From Octopus bimaculoides (lineage: Eukaryota): DNA of 48,197 nt. Shown here piece by piece: positions 24,343 through 37,027 of this stretch. A program made the position numbers and the translations under genes. How positions within the stretch are numbered: position 1 is the first letter of the stretch; each line of letters begins with the position of its first letter. Location: contig NC_068983.1 of assembly GCF_001194135.2 (NCBI RefSeq), positions 137,507,169 to 137,555,365 on the forward strand. The letters are read 5' to 3'. The notes under the pieces are model-generated. The model ran no database searches and was not told the origin of the DNA. It worked only from the letters and a program-made list of their open reading frames with translations.

Positions 24343-25300
24343 AGAAAAATCAGCATTTTAAAATATGCATTTAAAGTTTTTTGTTTTCTTCTCTCAGCAC
24401 TTACAGATTAATGAGAATAAGTTGGCCTTTTGAACTTTCTCCGGCCGTTGAAGGTCAACAGAAGGCTAGTGATTCACGTACTTTTATCGTTTGCCCAAAT
24501 AGGGAGATGAGTGTTTCTCCATAAAAATGACAAATTTTGGTTTTTGTGAAGAAAAACATGTCAGTGACATGTGTAATATTCACTTGCATTTTATGTGTGT
24601 ATATATAGTCATTCAAATGTACTTCTTATCGTTTTTATGTTTCTACACATTTCTTGAAGTAAATACTTTCCCTTTTGTTGGAATTCAGACAATATGTACA
24701 TTGAGTACAATATGTACATTGTGTTCTGTTATTCTATTATTGATGTTATAGTTGATTTATTTTCATTTTCGAACTTTAAAATTATTCTAAAAACGAGGGA
24801 CATAATTGAAACACACGGAGCATACTATTGTGAGGGGCATAGATGTGTTGACACCGTTTTTCGATTGAATATATTTTGTTTATTTAAAAATTGGAATTTT
24901 GGAAAATAATTTGGCTCTGTCATGGTATTAGCTGTCAGAATTGAAAGTAGAACTGATAAGGAACGTTACTGCTGGTTTGAGTTGATTCTTTGGCTACTGA
25001 CTAGCCGGAGCTGTCTGTCTATCTATCTATCTATCTATCACTCGTTCACCTCTGTTTGTGTCCGTAGAATTTATCAAATTAGAAAACGCAAATTTAATAT
25101 AAAAATATATTTTCTGAAATTGCAAATTATTTAAAATATAAAAATATAATTTTCAACAGAGAGAATTTATCAAAATAGAAAACAAATGAAGTTTGAAGTT
25201 TTAAAATAATACGATCGACCACTCACGACTAGCTAGCGCGGNNNNNNNNNNTGTATGTTGGTTAAAAATCACTTAAAAAAGATTGTAGGGTCGATACACT

Positions 25301-25594
25301 CGCCTAAAAATTCTCTAAGGCGGTGACCCAGCATGGCCGCAGTAAAGTGACTGAAACAGGTAAAAAGATTTTTAGAAGATAAAAAAAAGGAGGAATAACT
25401 AAATATAACAGGGGGGGGGGTATAAAAAATTTCAAGCGATTTGGGTGTTATTTCTAGCATGCTGAGAGACTTTCCAGGTTTAACTTCATACGTTGGCTTA
25501 AAATCATCTAAAAAAATTCTGGGGTCGATACAGTCGACTGAAAATTCCTCAAGGTGGTGTCCCAGCATAGCTGCAGTTTAATAACGGCAACAGG
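25301..25594 (+). repeat. Composite SINE-tail repeat; inverted partner of 24073-24342
   Basis: Reverse complement aligns by eye with 24073-24342. Confidence 0.7.
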
Positions 25595-25879
25595 TAACCC
25601 TAACCCTAGTATGAGAAGCTGGATCAGACCAGTGTTAACATAAAAAAGGTAGAATATTTGAGATGGATATGGCTGGTTTAAATGCTAAAGCATTAGATTG
25701 CTTGCTGACACAGTGGATGGATGGGAAATGAACAAGCTATATACTGGGATCTAATATCTTGAACTTAGCAATAATTTCATCTTCACTGAATAGAAAACCT
25801 TTTACTTACTTGAATACAACATACCGCTAGGAATTTCAAAAAGTTTAAAATCTTCTAACATGGCTTTCATCATCAAAAG

Positions 25880-26700
25880 TTAAATTATGTAAATATGCTG
25901 TTGTCTTTCTCCCAAAGTAAACACCATTAATGTTTCTGTAATTACTTTCATTGCTTGGATGAATTTCTGATTATTTAATGTTCTTCAGTAATTCATCTTT
26001 AATAAAAAAATTTTTTTTGAAATTCAGACTTTTGTATTCTAATGATATTAAACAAGGAGAATGTAAACTGAAATGCTCAGATTGAAATTCAACATTCAGC
26101 AAATTCACTTTCTATACACACATCTTTATCTTTCGTATGTGTTTCTTTTGTAGCACTTACTGAAGATAAAGTCATGTGTTTGGTTTTGTGATTGCTTAAT
26201 ACTATGTAAATTCTGGCAATATCAACTTTTCATTCACTTTGAAAATAAAAAAAATAAAGTATTCAATTATTCTACTATCATTGTAATAACTGTTTCTCAA
26301 GAAAGCCACTTTGTTTAGGCATTTTGTGTTAACTTGATGTAACAATTCCTTGAATAAGTCTCCTATAGTGTACTGCTGCTGTGACTGAAGTAACATGTTA
26401 AATCTTGTCTCTATGAGGGCATGACAGCATGGCTCGTATCCAAAACGAGTGGTGTATCCATTTATGAAAATAGAAGACGTTATCTTTCAATAATTTGTGA
26501 ACCCTATTTTTCATGCCTGTCATGGAAGAACAATTATTACTTGTGAATCCTATAATATTTTCTGAAGGCATCTGTCTTTCATGCAAGGTTGCATTGTAAA
26601 GACATGGAGCCATTCCATTTTCAATAACTACAGTATCTAACAATGTATCTGTGACATTATCCCTATCCAAATCAAAAAATTCACCCCTATAGTCAAAATT
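25880..26700 (-). mobile_element. hAT-like transposase remnant
   Basis: Minus ORF 26398-26670 LYNATL...PSENIIGFTSNNCSSMTGMKNRVHKLLKD resembles the hAT NIIGFxSDxxxxMxGxxNGV motif; further degenerate pieces at 26202-26396 and near 25900. Confidence 0.6.
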
Positions 26701-27036
26701 TGGATATCTGAAATGTTTGTATTTTCATCAATTATGACAGTAAACTTTTGCATCTAACTTTTATCGCTGTTTTTTCAGGAAAGATTGTCATCCTGAATAA
26801 CATGAAAGTTTTGTTCTTTGCATTGATAATTTTTCAGCAATCTTTCTGTCCAGAAATTTTTGTTTGAGCATTAGTAAAACGAATGTTATTTCTTGTTAAT
26901 TACATTTTGCTGATTTGATGTCTCCTTATTATTTTTGCTTTGCATTATCTAAAGGTGCATTCATACATCTATAAATCCAGGACTATTCAACAGCTCAAGG
27001 ACAATAACTGTGTAGAAGTTAAGAGATAGAAAATTC

Positions 27037-27110
27037 GGATCTTTCTGAATTGACGGGCACCAACACTACATAAAACATGAAAAGTGGTGCCCGTCAATTC
27101 AGAAAGATCC
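27037..27110. mobile_element. 74-bp internally deleted MITE (25-bp TIRs)
   Basis: ggatctttctgaattgacgggcacc...ggtgcccgtcaattcagaaagatcc; TIRs identical to those of 41381-42082. Confidence 0.85.
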
Positions 27111-27229
27111 AAATATTATACTAAAAGAGGTCATCTCTGAAAAGCTGAAAATGGGAGATATAAACAGTACCATTTTGTCATAACTAAAGTAATTTTGTAT
27201 CCATTTTAAAATTGTCTTTTAGTATAATA

Positions 27230-27277
27230 ATAATGATGATAATAATAATAATAATGATGATGATGATGATGATGCTG

Positions 27278-27305
<28 letters not shown>
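27230..27305. repeat. (TAA)n/(TGA)n microsatellite
   Basis: Directly visible. Confidence 0.9.
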
Positions 27306-27308
<3 letters not shown>

Positions 27309-27981
27309 GTTAACAAATGAATGTTATTAAATTTTTAGATTCATAGGTAACTTTTCAGACACTGTATATTTACTAATTTAGTTTTGAGTTACAGGTGGTC
27401 TTGTTTTGTGAATTATTTAGTGACTTCATTAGTGTCAGGGGCATGTAAAAAGTACCCCAGTACACTCTGTGAAGTTGTTGGTGTTAGGAAGGGCATCCAG
27501 TCATAGAAATCATGCTAAAACAGACATTGGAGCTTGGTGCAATCCTCTGGCTTGTCAGTTCCTGCCAAACTGTCCAGTTTATGCCAGCATTGAAAATGGA
27601 CATTAAACAATAATGATGATGAATTTTTTTTATATAAGTTGAAGCGATTTTATAAAACCTGATGGTTTCTGTGGTTAGTAACTGTCCTGTTATTTTTTCA
27701 TTTAATGTTTCCTTCTGGGAACAATATTTCTTAGATCTGTTAATAAACCTTATGTTTCTTTACAAATTTTTTCTTTCTAAAGATTTTTCATGAGTGAGTG
27801 GATGAAATAATCATGAAAGACATTTGTTACTACTATACACTTTTTATCTACTGCATTTATGTGAAATAGCTTCATTTAAAATTGAAGAGGCTGATTTACT
27901 TAGGCCAATAATAACCACTTTTAAATTCATTACAAAGCAAACTATTCTTTATGATATTCATGTATCTATTTATACTTTCAG

Positions 27982-28073
27982 GCAGAATCATCAAATCAGT
28001 GTTATTCAGAATACATGAAGCAACAATATACAGAGCAGGTGCGGACTGGTGATCAAATATTTGATCCTGATAG
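27982..28073 (+). CDS. BTB gene 2, exon 2
   Basis: Acceptor actttcag|GCA; open frame AESSNQCYSEYMKQQYTEQVRTGDQIFDPD; phase-2 donor AG|GTATGT. Confidence 0.7.
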
Positions 28074-28162
28074 GTATGTTGCAGTTGAAATTATTCTGAT
28101 GATTGAATTTGCATTTTCACCCATAAAATTATTCTGAAGTAAATTATAATCTTTTATTTCAG

Positions 28163-28430
28163 ACACATGATTAGCTCTCGGGTATCCCAGATAATTGCAA
28201 ATTCTCTTCCAACTGCTACTCAAATGCCAGTCCAGCAGTGTATGAATGTTGCTCAGTCATCACAGATACCTGTACCCAAACCAAATGGTGTTAGGAAGCC
28301 TTGGCATAAAAAGAAAAGAATACTTGCTGTTGCTGATCATCAGATCCATGTCATGTCCAACCTGGCAGCACTGTGGAAAAGTAAAAAATTGTGTGATGCT
28401 AGTATTGGTAATGGCTCATCAACTGTAATG
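28163..28430 (+). CDS. BTB gene 2, exon 3 (N-terminal part of BTB)
   Basis: Acceptor tttcag|A; ADHQIHVMSNLAALWKSKKLCDASIGNGSSTVM; donor ATG|GTAAGT. Confidence 0.85.
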
Positions 28431-29341
28431 GTAAGTGTTTAGTCTTGACATTTAAAATACTTTTCCATTTTTTTTTTATTTGACTCATCATAATTTTCAA
28501 AATGTAACTGTTCAAAATATTCTCAAGTATCCACATCTTACAAGAATTTATGTTTTCATCCCAGAGATAATGGTTAAAATTATTAATTTTTACTGATCTT
28601 TATTTTTAGCAATGTTTGGATTCTCTTAACGATAAATATCTTGTTTATTAGTTAATATTTTGCAAATTAAAAGTAAAGTTTATTTTATACCAAAATTGAT
28701 GTTGTTTGCTGATCTTTCACTAATTCATAATCTTTTTCCTCAAGTCCTGCTTCATTTTCTATTTGTTTTCTTGATTGCACATCTTTTCTTTTACTTAGAC
28801 TATCTCATCCTCTCTCACTCTTTCATCTCTCCCTATATTTCACTGTTGGCTACACCTGGCTGTCAGACTAGCTAGCTAAGTGGTAGCTATTTCTCTATTT
28901 ATCTGACATGTATCTCTTTTTCTATCTCGTTCACCTCTCTTTATAATACCTAGTTTTTTTTCTTCCATACCTCTCAGCAAAATTTTACTACTTTCTTCTA
29001 CCTCTCTATTGTATGACAGAAAGAGAGGAACTCCACAAAAGGGCCACATGATTTAGCTTATTATATATATAGAGAGAGATTAATTAAATGTCTTAGTGAA
29101 ATAAATGAAGTTTGATTCAAGATTCTCACTGCAGAATATAGTATTTTTATAAATAAAGTATCAGAAAACTTTAGTGACAATTTATGAATGAATAAATATA
29201 TATTGTACCTTTCAATTGATATTTCCAAGAGGCTTGGAATGAATAATTTTTTGTTTTAATTTAGTTGTAATATTTAAAAATGTTTTGCAATTCAATTATT
29301 AGATGGCTATAAACAGTTTCTCTTTATTTTCTGTATTTCAG

Positions 29342-30310
29342 GTACATAAAGTTATTCTATCTGCTGTGTGTCCAAAACTATTGTCAGTATTTAGTACAAA
29401 TATTTCCTCTCAGAAGTTTCTCCAAATAAACTTTCCAGAAGAAGTTAGTACACAAGCTTTAAATGCATTTGCAGAATACATGTACAGTGGATATTTAGAT
29501 CTCGATCCAGATATTTTACAGCAATTAAAAATCATTGCAAAACGATTAGAAATGAAAGAATTTGAAGAACTGTGTGATAACAATCTCATAAACAAAATAA
29601 ATCAACCTTCAGTTGATCTCAGGCAGAACCAGACACAGACCAGTCTGCCAGTTCCAACAAATATCACAGTGCCAACAATTCAACCAACTCTGCCTTCATC
29701 ATCCATCACATCAGTTACATCTCAATCTACTCCATTTGTCACTACACAAGTCATTGATGTTAAACAAGAGATATGTGAGGCTGCGTTAGCACAAGTTAAC
29801 ATTGGTACTGCTGATGTCTTTGAACAGGAATCTGAAATTGACTCATTGGATGCTAATACATATGGTCATTGCTCAAATGATTCTGATTTTGTTCTCAGAG
29901 TGAAAACTGAACCTGTAGAGCTTGATAATGAGAACTATGGTCAACTGAACAACGAGGCTTACATATCCACTCCAGATTCAAGCAATGCAGCATCACATGT
30001 GATACATAGACCCACATGTAAATTAAAGTCTAATGTATTTGAAGGCTCTGTAGTTTCTGACTTACCTCCTGCATCATGCATTGAAGAGAAAATGTCTTCC
30101 CAGTCCATTTCCATACAAAATGATGCATCTAAAATGCTACACCAAAGTATAACAACTATCCAGTCAATTGAGAACATTATGACATCTGGTAGTAATGAAG
30201 GTCTCTATTCTGTAGGACTTTTTAACGCAGGAGGGGACAATGTACCATCATGTACACAACTTACAAATTTCAAACATGTAGGTTTATGTGAAGCAGATGA
30301 TCTTACATGA
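29342..30310 (+). CDS. BTB gene 2, terminal exon
   Basis: tttcag|GTA CAT AAA; BTB core VHKVILSAVCPKL...EYMYSG; VKQE and VKTE motifs; TGA 30308-30310; AATAAA at 30627; predicted 577-aa protein. Confidence 0.9.
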   Translation, partial: VHKVILSAVCPKLLSVFSTNISSQKFLQINFPEEVSTQALNAFAEYMYSGYLDLDPDILQQLKIIAKRLEMKEFEELCDNNLINKINQPSVDLRQNQTQTSLPVPTNITVPTIQPTLPSSSITSVTSQSTPFVTTQVIDVKQEICEAALAQVNIGTADVFEQESEIDSLDANTYGHCSNDSDFVLRVKTEPVELDNENYGQLNNEAYISTPDSSNAASHVIHRPTCKLKSNVFEGSVVSDLPPASCIEEKMSSQSISIQNDASKMLHQSITTIQSIENIMTSGSNEGLYSVGLFNAGGDNVPSCTQLTNFKHVGLCEADDLT

Positions 30311-31149
30311 TACAGAAAATGACAAAATAACCTTTCATGTGCAGGTATGGCTGTGATGTTAAGATATTCATTTTACAAAATTGTGGTTCTGAGTTTCATT
30401 CCACTGCTTTGCATTTTCAGTTTCTTGTGAGAGAAAGTTAGTCGATGGAAACTTTGTATCAGTAGGTGATGATGAAATTGCAGTGTGAAGAAAAATAGCT
30501 TGTGATTTTGTCGTGGGCTTTTATGTTCCTCTGCACTTAGGATCATCTTTGGTGTGAAGGGATGCTGGAAGGAGGAAATGCAGTGTCAGCCTAGTAGGGA
30601 TTTGAATTTAGAATGTGAAGGGACATAATAAAATATTACAAGGTATTTTGTCCAGTATTCCAAAGATGTTTCCACTCACTTCTACACACCTCATAACCTG
30701 ATAGACCACCAAGACACTTTATCACCGCTATTTCGTCTCTTTCCAGCTTCCCCCAATCATTCTGATTTCAATATGTAACTATGTAGCTCCTCTACAGTAA
30801 GAAGCCTGCTCTTCCCCTTTGTATGATGCTTTAACCCTTCATCTTACATAAAACCAACCTCTCCTCAGGGTTTGTCATGTTGCAAGCGGCATAGTGACCT
30901 CACTAGTGTTGGTGACATGAAAATAGCACCCAGTATATTTTGTATTGTTTAGCATTAGGAAGGATATCCAGAAGAAAACACTGAAGCAGAATGTAATCCT
31001 TAGACTCATTGTATATAGTCAAACTGTCCAACTTATTCCAATATGAACAAAGGTGTTAAGTGATGATATATATATGTGTGTATATATGAGGGTCAAAGGC
31101 TTGGTGAGTGGGATAAACTTAATACTACAACTTTATAAATCACTTTCCT

Positions 31150-31345
31150 GAGAGGCTCTGTACAGCATACATCCAGTGGCTGAAAAAAATGGAAACCGTA
31201 ATCAAGATATTCCTAACCAATCCTTTGATGACATATCTTGGATAGCAGGGTTGTCTATAAATGTAATGGAGGCTCTCATTAAGTTTGTGGTATGGAAAAG
31301 TAATGTCTAGAAAGTTAACCTCTCTACTGCTTTCATACAAAATGG
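31150..31345 (-). mobile_element. Penelope-like element RT C-terminal fragment
   Basis: Minus ORF 31140-31388 VNFLDITF-PYHKLNESLHYIYRQPCYPRYVIKGLVRNI resembles the VNFLD...PYxKxN...YI...SxHP..IK pattern. Confidence 0.6.
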
Positions 31346-32119
31346 CAATAACAAAGAAAACAAAATAAAATTTGAATTGAATTGTCAAGTCTTGTTTCTA
31401 GTTTTCTGTTTACAACATTGAATATTTCATTTCCTTCGTTTTCTAAATTTTCCCATCAAAAAACAGAAAATTAATTAAACAAAATCCCCAAACCATTGGT
31501 CATTGTGTCCATGTGTCTTGCATTATCTTCAATGATCTGTATGCTTGTTAGCATTCATTGACTAACAATAAAAGGATGGATATACTTGGAAATTTTAATC
31601 TTAATCATTGTCTTTATATATATTTTTAACTCCTTATTAATTTATCAATGCCTTCCAAACATAGAAAATGGTGTACTAAATTTTTCTAAATAAGGACAAT
31701 TTTTATAGTCTTTATTTTTTGAAAGACTATCCATATTTTCTTCTTAAAAAGGTCAGTCACTGGCTCATGGTTTCTGTAAGGAAATGACTGCTGGCTGTTT
31801 AGAAAATCAAATATTGAAGTATGAGACGTTCCTAACTATAGTTTCTGGAAGGTTCATCTAAATTTTAAAGGTTGAATGCAGAAAAATTCTCTTCAGATTG
31901 TAGATTTTGACAGACTTTCAGTTGCACATAGTATGTTTGTTGTGATGTAGACAGGTGATGAAGGTGTGTAGCTAAGTGGTTTGGGTATTCAGGTCATGTT
32001 TAATTCCCAGAGGTACATTTATCCTTGAGCAAAATATTTTATTTCATGTTGCTCCGGTCCACTTAACTGGTAAAAATGAGTAGTACTTGAATTTCAGGAC
32101 TATGAATTTATTAGGAGGA

Positions 32120-32815
32120 GAGAATTCCAGTCCCCTTGTGGTTGTGCCGACAATGTTATATGGTGCAGAGACATGAGAGCTGAGAGAGGTGGAAAGGAGA
32201 CGACAAGATGAGATGTCTGAGGGATATGGTGGGTGTGACATGGATAGACAGGATGAGGAATGAGGAGGTACGAAGATGAGCAGGAATAAATGAAAAACTA
32301 ACAACCAAATTGGATAGACGAATGTTGAAGTGGTTTGGCCACATGGAGAGGATGAGGAGTAGATGGTAAGGAGGGTGATGAAGGCTGAAATGGTAGGCAG
32401 CAGACCTGTGTGGATAGATGGAGTGAGAAAAGTTTTCGTAGTTAGAGGTGTTGGAGTAAGAGAGGCAAGAGAGTTTATAAATGATAGGAAAGCTTGGAGA
32501 GTGAGGATGGATGAGTGAATTTTGATGTTGCTCAAAGGGGTACGGTGGGGGTAAACCAGCATAAGCTGCTAGGCCCCACTGCTGATATTGGAGGTTGCTT
32601 TCTACGCATTGACCCAAGCATAGAATGGGGCTTGTCCCTTTGCGCTGGGAAATAAATGGAATGCGTGGTGTGTGTCTTGCTGTGGCTACCCACTCCTGAA
32701 AAAAAAAATGGGGAATAGGTCTCAGTATATGTTTGTACCTGAATTTAAAAGGGCTAGCCTTGTTGCATTCTGTGTTGTGTTGAATCTCCCTGAGAACTAT
32801 GTTAAACATGCACAG
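32120..32815 (+). mobile_element. RTE LINE 3' fragment (second subfamily)
   Basis: VVPTMLYGAET...MRCLRDMVGVTWIDRMRNEEVRR...RMLKWFGHMERM; paralogous copy at about 45030-45715. Confidence 0.8.
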
Positions 32816-33165
32816 GTGTAGGTGTGTGATAAGAATCTTGCTTCCAAACCACATGGTTCTGGTTTCAGTCTCACTGTGTCACACCTTGGGCAAGTATCTT
32901 CTAATATAGCCATGGGCTGCCCAAAGCCTTGTGAGTGGATTTGGTAGACAGAAATTGAAAGAAACCCATTGTATGTGTGTGTGTCTTTGCTTGACAACCA
33001 ATGCTAGTGTGTTTATGTCCCTGTAATGTAGCAGTTTGTCAAAGGAGACTGATAGAATAAGTACTAGGTTTACAAAGAACAGGTCCTGGGGTCGATTTGT
33101 TCAACTAATACTATTTAAGGTGGTGCTCTAGCTTTGCCACACTCATATAACTGCAAAAAGTAAAA
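32815..33165 (+). mobile_element. tRNA-derived SINE
   Basis: ggtgtgtgataagaatcttgcttccaaaccacatggttctggtttcagtc...cttgggcaag...gtactagg...ggggtcgatttg; same family as 18240-18603. Confidence 0.75.
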
Positions 33166-35023
33166 GGATGTCTTGGAATGGGAATGTCAAAGAGAAAGAA
33201 CTGTGTGAAATATTTAGGGAAGAGATTGCTGTGTGCAAATAGCTAGTTCAGCGAAACAAAGGTCTTCATAGTTGCAATAAAAGTAGGAGAGAGAAGAAAT
33301 AGCATGTTTGTGAGGTAATTGTTGATGCATGTTGGTAAGTGAATTATCACTAATCAAATGAATGACTTTCTCAATGTGTATGTGGCAGCACTGTTCCTAA
33401 GTGTGCGCAGTTCACCTATGTTGGGCTTACTTAAGCTTTGTGAGTGGTAACCTAAAGTATTTGCTGACCCTAATGAGGAATCCTTGTCTTTGCAGTGCAG
33501 TTTTGGCAATGATATAATGAAGTTTGGCATAAGAGATAAATAGAGATTGTGAGGTCTGGCATTTCTAGTTACTTTCAGTGCTTTGGTTGTGTTGTTTATG
33601 GCCGAAGGTTTGTGTTACAATTAAATTTCCTTGATATGTGTCTTTGTGATGTTGAAAGATAACTCGAATATCAAGTTGCTATTAAAAAAGGTTCACAACA
33701 TCTATGTTAATAGAAACATGTCTGGCACAAAGAGTTTTTACTAGCCCCTCCCCAATTTCTTTACAAAGCTCACATAAAGCAGATGTAACTTCAAAGTTAT
33801 TCCAGTCCTAGCCAAACCATCTTTTTTTGTAGACATACCGTATCTAAGGTCAACATCATTCAAAGTGTCCGTCTCCTTTTTATAAGTTTTGTAATAGTTT
33901 TGACCACTAGACTATTCAACCCAGTATCACCTGAAACCAAAGAGCACCCTCAGGTTTTTATACTGTCAAATAACAATAGGTATAGTGGTCTGCATCAAGG
34001 GTTGGTTAATAATATCGTCACTACTTTTTCAAAGATTACATTACGTAATTACACCCAATTTTCAGGGTTTCTCGAATATAAATATTTACTTGAATATAAA
34101 TAATTTCAAACCCATTAAAATTAAATAATATTTTACTGAAATTTGAAGCTTTGCTCAGCGGCGATATCATTATCATTGAGGTTTATCCAAGGCTAGTTGA
34201 AAACCCTAATTCAATAATTAAGAGTTACCGAACCTGGAGGCTCGAGAAACGAATATTTCAGCTACTGTTGTCCATTCTCGGGTATTTCCATCACTTTGCT
34301 GTTATAAAATACTCAAAAATCGTTTAATGTGGTTCTTTTATTTTCACATCTTCAATAACATAATTCCTTTGTTTCCTCCTAGTTACCCATATTGTTTTCT
34401 TTTTTGCGATGANNNNNNNNNNGCATAGAAAATCTACAAAAACTCGGCATTACGCAAAATACGACGTTTTAAAAAGTATTAGGAAAGAACAATTCTGTAA
34501 TCGAATTGTTTCTTGTAACAAACTCTCTGGGAATAAAATACGAAGTCTTAGGGACTTCATAAAAATAAGAATTAATAAGAATAGTTTATCAACGTGCTTC
34601 AATGAAACACGAAACTATATAGTGTATTTTAAGACTTCAAAATGAGTAAACTACCCAATCGTTCCAATCTGTTCACAAAATAAACGAGCAGTCATCACAA
34701 GATTAGGTTAAAAGGCAGATACTCAGAATTTGAATTCCCTAACTAAAGAACACATCTAAAATGAAATATCGTCAAAATGTCCAATTATCTTCGTGCTGAA
34801 TAAAAAAAAAACTGATGATTGTACATTTGATATAATTCCACAAATTTGGAATCGAAGAGATAAGTAGTCGTAAAAGCAACTTAATTTTTACACAGCAGGG
34901 GGTTCCGATAAGGTTGTTATCCCCCCCTGATTGGAACTCTCCCGTATGACATGTACGCATCCTCAGTGACTTGCTTTAACTTCCGCAGACTAACGACTCA
35001 CATTACTGTACTGACCGGTTAAT

Positions 35024-35290
35024 ATGTCTCCGAAGAAAACACGCAAATACTGCTCTATATGCAGGCACTATAGAGGGAAGAATGTAGACGGCAAAGTTAT
35101 TTCACTACATAGATACCCTGCAAACGTAGCTATTCGTCGTATTTGGCTTCAGAGATCGAGACTTGCGAGGAAAGACTTTGTTTACACTGCAAATAGCCAA
35201 ATGTGTTCCCAGCATTTCGTCAATTTTAATGGACCATCGAAAGATCACCCCTTGCCATCCATTTTTCCAAACAAAGTATTTAAAATATCA
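35024..35290 (+). CDS. THAP zinc-finger exon (exon 1 of a THAP / ISL2EU-Harbinger-like transposase derivative)
   Basis: MSPKKTRKYCSIC...LHRYP...IW...MCSQHF...LPSIFP carries the THAP C2CH, W, F and P hallmarks at the N-terminus; phase-0 donor TCA|GTAAGT; ATTGG at 34930. Confidence 0.9.
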
Positions 35291-35407
35291 GTAAGTGCAT
35301 GATCATATACGCAGTTAGTAGATGAGTGAAACAAATTCGAGTGGTGTACGTTGGGCTAAACACGAATGTTTAATCTAATAATTGTTGTGTTGATGTACAG
35401 GTATTTT

Positions 35408-35515
35408 GGATCTTGTTCAAAACGGGGGCACCAGTTTTCATTTATGTTTTATGTAGTGTTTTTGGTACCGAAAGACTTTCAAACTTCGTATACTTATCTA
35501 TTTTGTGTTATAGAA
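35408..35515 (-). mobile_element. End of a GG-TIR MITE in the THAP intron (runs into a gap)
   Basis: ggatcttgttcaaaacgggggcacca...gtagtgtttttggtaccgaaagactttcaaacttcgtatac matches the reverse complement of 41950-42082. Confidence 0.75.
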
Positions 35516-36259
35516 CNNNNNNNNNNNNNNNNNNNNNNNNNNNNNNNNNNNNNNNNNNNNNNNNNNNNNNNNNNNNNNNNNNNNNNNNNNNNNNNNNNNN
35601 NNNNNNNNNNNNNNNNNNNNNNNNNNNNNNNNNNNNNNNNNNNNNNNNNNNNNNNNNNNNNNNNNNNNNNNNNNNNNNNNNNNNNNNNNNNNNNNNNNNN
35701 NNNNNNNNNNNNNNNNNNNNNNNNNNNNNNNNNNNNNNNNNNNNNNNNNNNNNNNNNNNNNNNNNNNNNNNNNNNNNNNNNNNNNNNNNNNNNNNNNNNN
35801 NNNNNNNNNNNNNNNNNNNNNNNNNNNNNNNNNNNNNNNNNNNNNNNNNNNNNNNNNNNNNNNNNNNNNNNNNNNNNNNNNNNNNNNNNNNNNNNNNNNN
35901 NNNNNNNNNNNNNNNNNNNNNNNNNNNNNNNNNNNNNNNNNNNNNNNNNNNNNNNNNNNNNNNNNNNNNNNNNNNNNNNNNNNNNNNNNNNNNNNNNNNN
36001 NNNNNNNNNNNNNNNNNNNNNNNNNNNNNNNNNNNNNNNNNNNNNNNNNNNNNNNNNNNNNNNNNNNNNNNNNNNNNNNNNNNNNNNNNNNNNNNNNNNN
36101 NNNNNNNNNNNNNNNNNNNNNNNNNNNNNNNNNNNNNNNNNNNNNNNNNNNNNNNNNNNNNNNNNNNNNNNNNNNNNNNNNNNNNNNNNNNNNNNNNNNN
36201 NNNNNNNNNNNNNNNNNNNNNNNNNNNNNNNNNNNNNNNNNNNNNNNNNNNNNNNNNNN

Positions 36260-36310
<51 letters not shown>

Positions 36311-36481
36311 TTGTTTGATTAAATAATAAATTTACAGCATTGAATCTAATATTCCTCTAATTATTAGACTTTATAGTGTAACTATCCCTATCTCTTCTAC
36401 ACCTCATCATGCTCATGGCCAAATCAGTGAACGGCTGCTGAAAGCTATGCCCACGTAAAACCGTATTTAACTTATTTGCAG

Positions 36482-37027
36482 AATATACAACTGAATGGAT
36501 GTCCAGAAGATATTGAGACCAACGAAGTCGAAGATATGAATGTTACAGAACAGCTTGGTTGCTTCGTAAGTTCTACCATGTCTATGTTGAACAATTCTTT
36601 AATGTTTCATGATTACTGTGGTTCAGTTAATCCTGAATCAGTCTCAGCATTTACACACAAGTCAGTGCAGACTGTACAAGAAATTGGTACCAAGGAAATA
36701 GGAATACAATGTGATCCTGCCAATAAACCTATTTCTACAAATAGCAGTACTCAGATGTTAGAAAGTAAGATGGTGGATCGTGAAATGCAAGCAAAAATAC
36801 CTGTGCTTACATATGAAGATATGCAAAATGATAATCAGAAGCTTCTCTTTTACACAGGAATACCAGATTCCATGACTTTTGATTGTCTTTTTGATACAAT
36901 TAAAGATGATGCAGCAAGTGAAACTGCCAGACATGGTGCATCATCAGAGCAAGGGAGACCCAGACAGCTTCGATTAATTGATCGCCGCCAGAAAGTGAAC
37001 GTTGAGGCGAGCTGGCAGAAACGTTAG
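36482..37027 (+). CDS. THAP gene exon 2: linker and truncated HTH region of an ISL2EU/Harbinger-like transposase; no DDE domain; stop supplied by a SINE
   Basis: Acceptor tttgcag|AAT (phase 0); HDY, SVQT/GIQCD, KLLFYTGIPDSMTFDCLF and GRPRQLRLID motifs; 270 aa in total with exon 1. Confidence 0.75.
   Translation, partial: NIQLNGCPEDIETNEVEDMNVTEQLGCFVSSTMSMLNNSLMFHDYCGSVNPESVSAFTHKSVQTVQEIGTKEIGIQCDPANKPISTNSSTQMLESKMVDREMQAKIPVLTYEDMQNDNQKLLFYTGIPDSMTFDCLFDTIKDDAASETARHGASSEQGRPRQLRLIDRRQKVNVEASWQKR

Larger units (their letters stand above)
31705..34349 (+). repeat. Segmental duplication, copy A (3' flank of BTB gene 2)
   Basis: Collinear high similarity with 44592-48197, including unique-looking DNA, an RTE piece and a SINE. 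Confidence 0.9.

Noticed and set aside
35366-36322. Long ORFs of 298-356 aa in the ORF track (also 37918-38988, 46452-47348, 20195-20654)
   Set aside because: They consist almost entirely of X residues from N gaps; artefacts.
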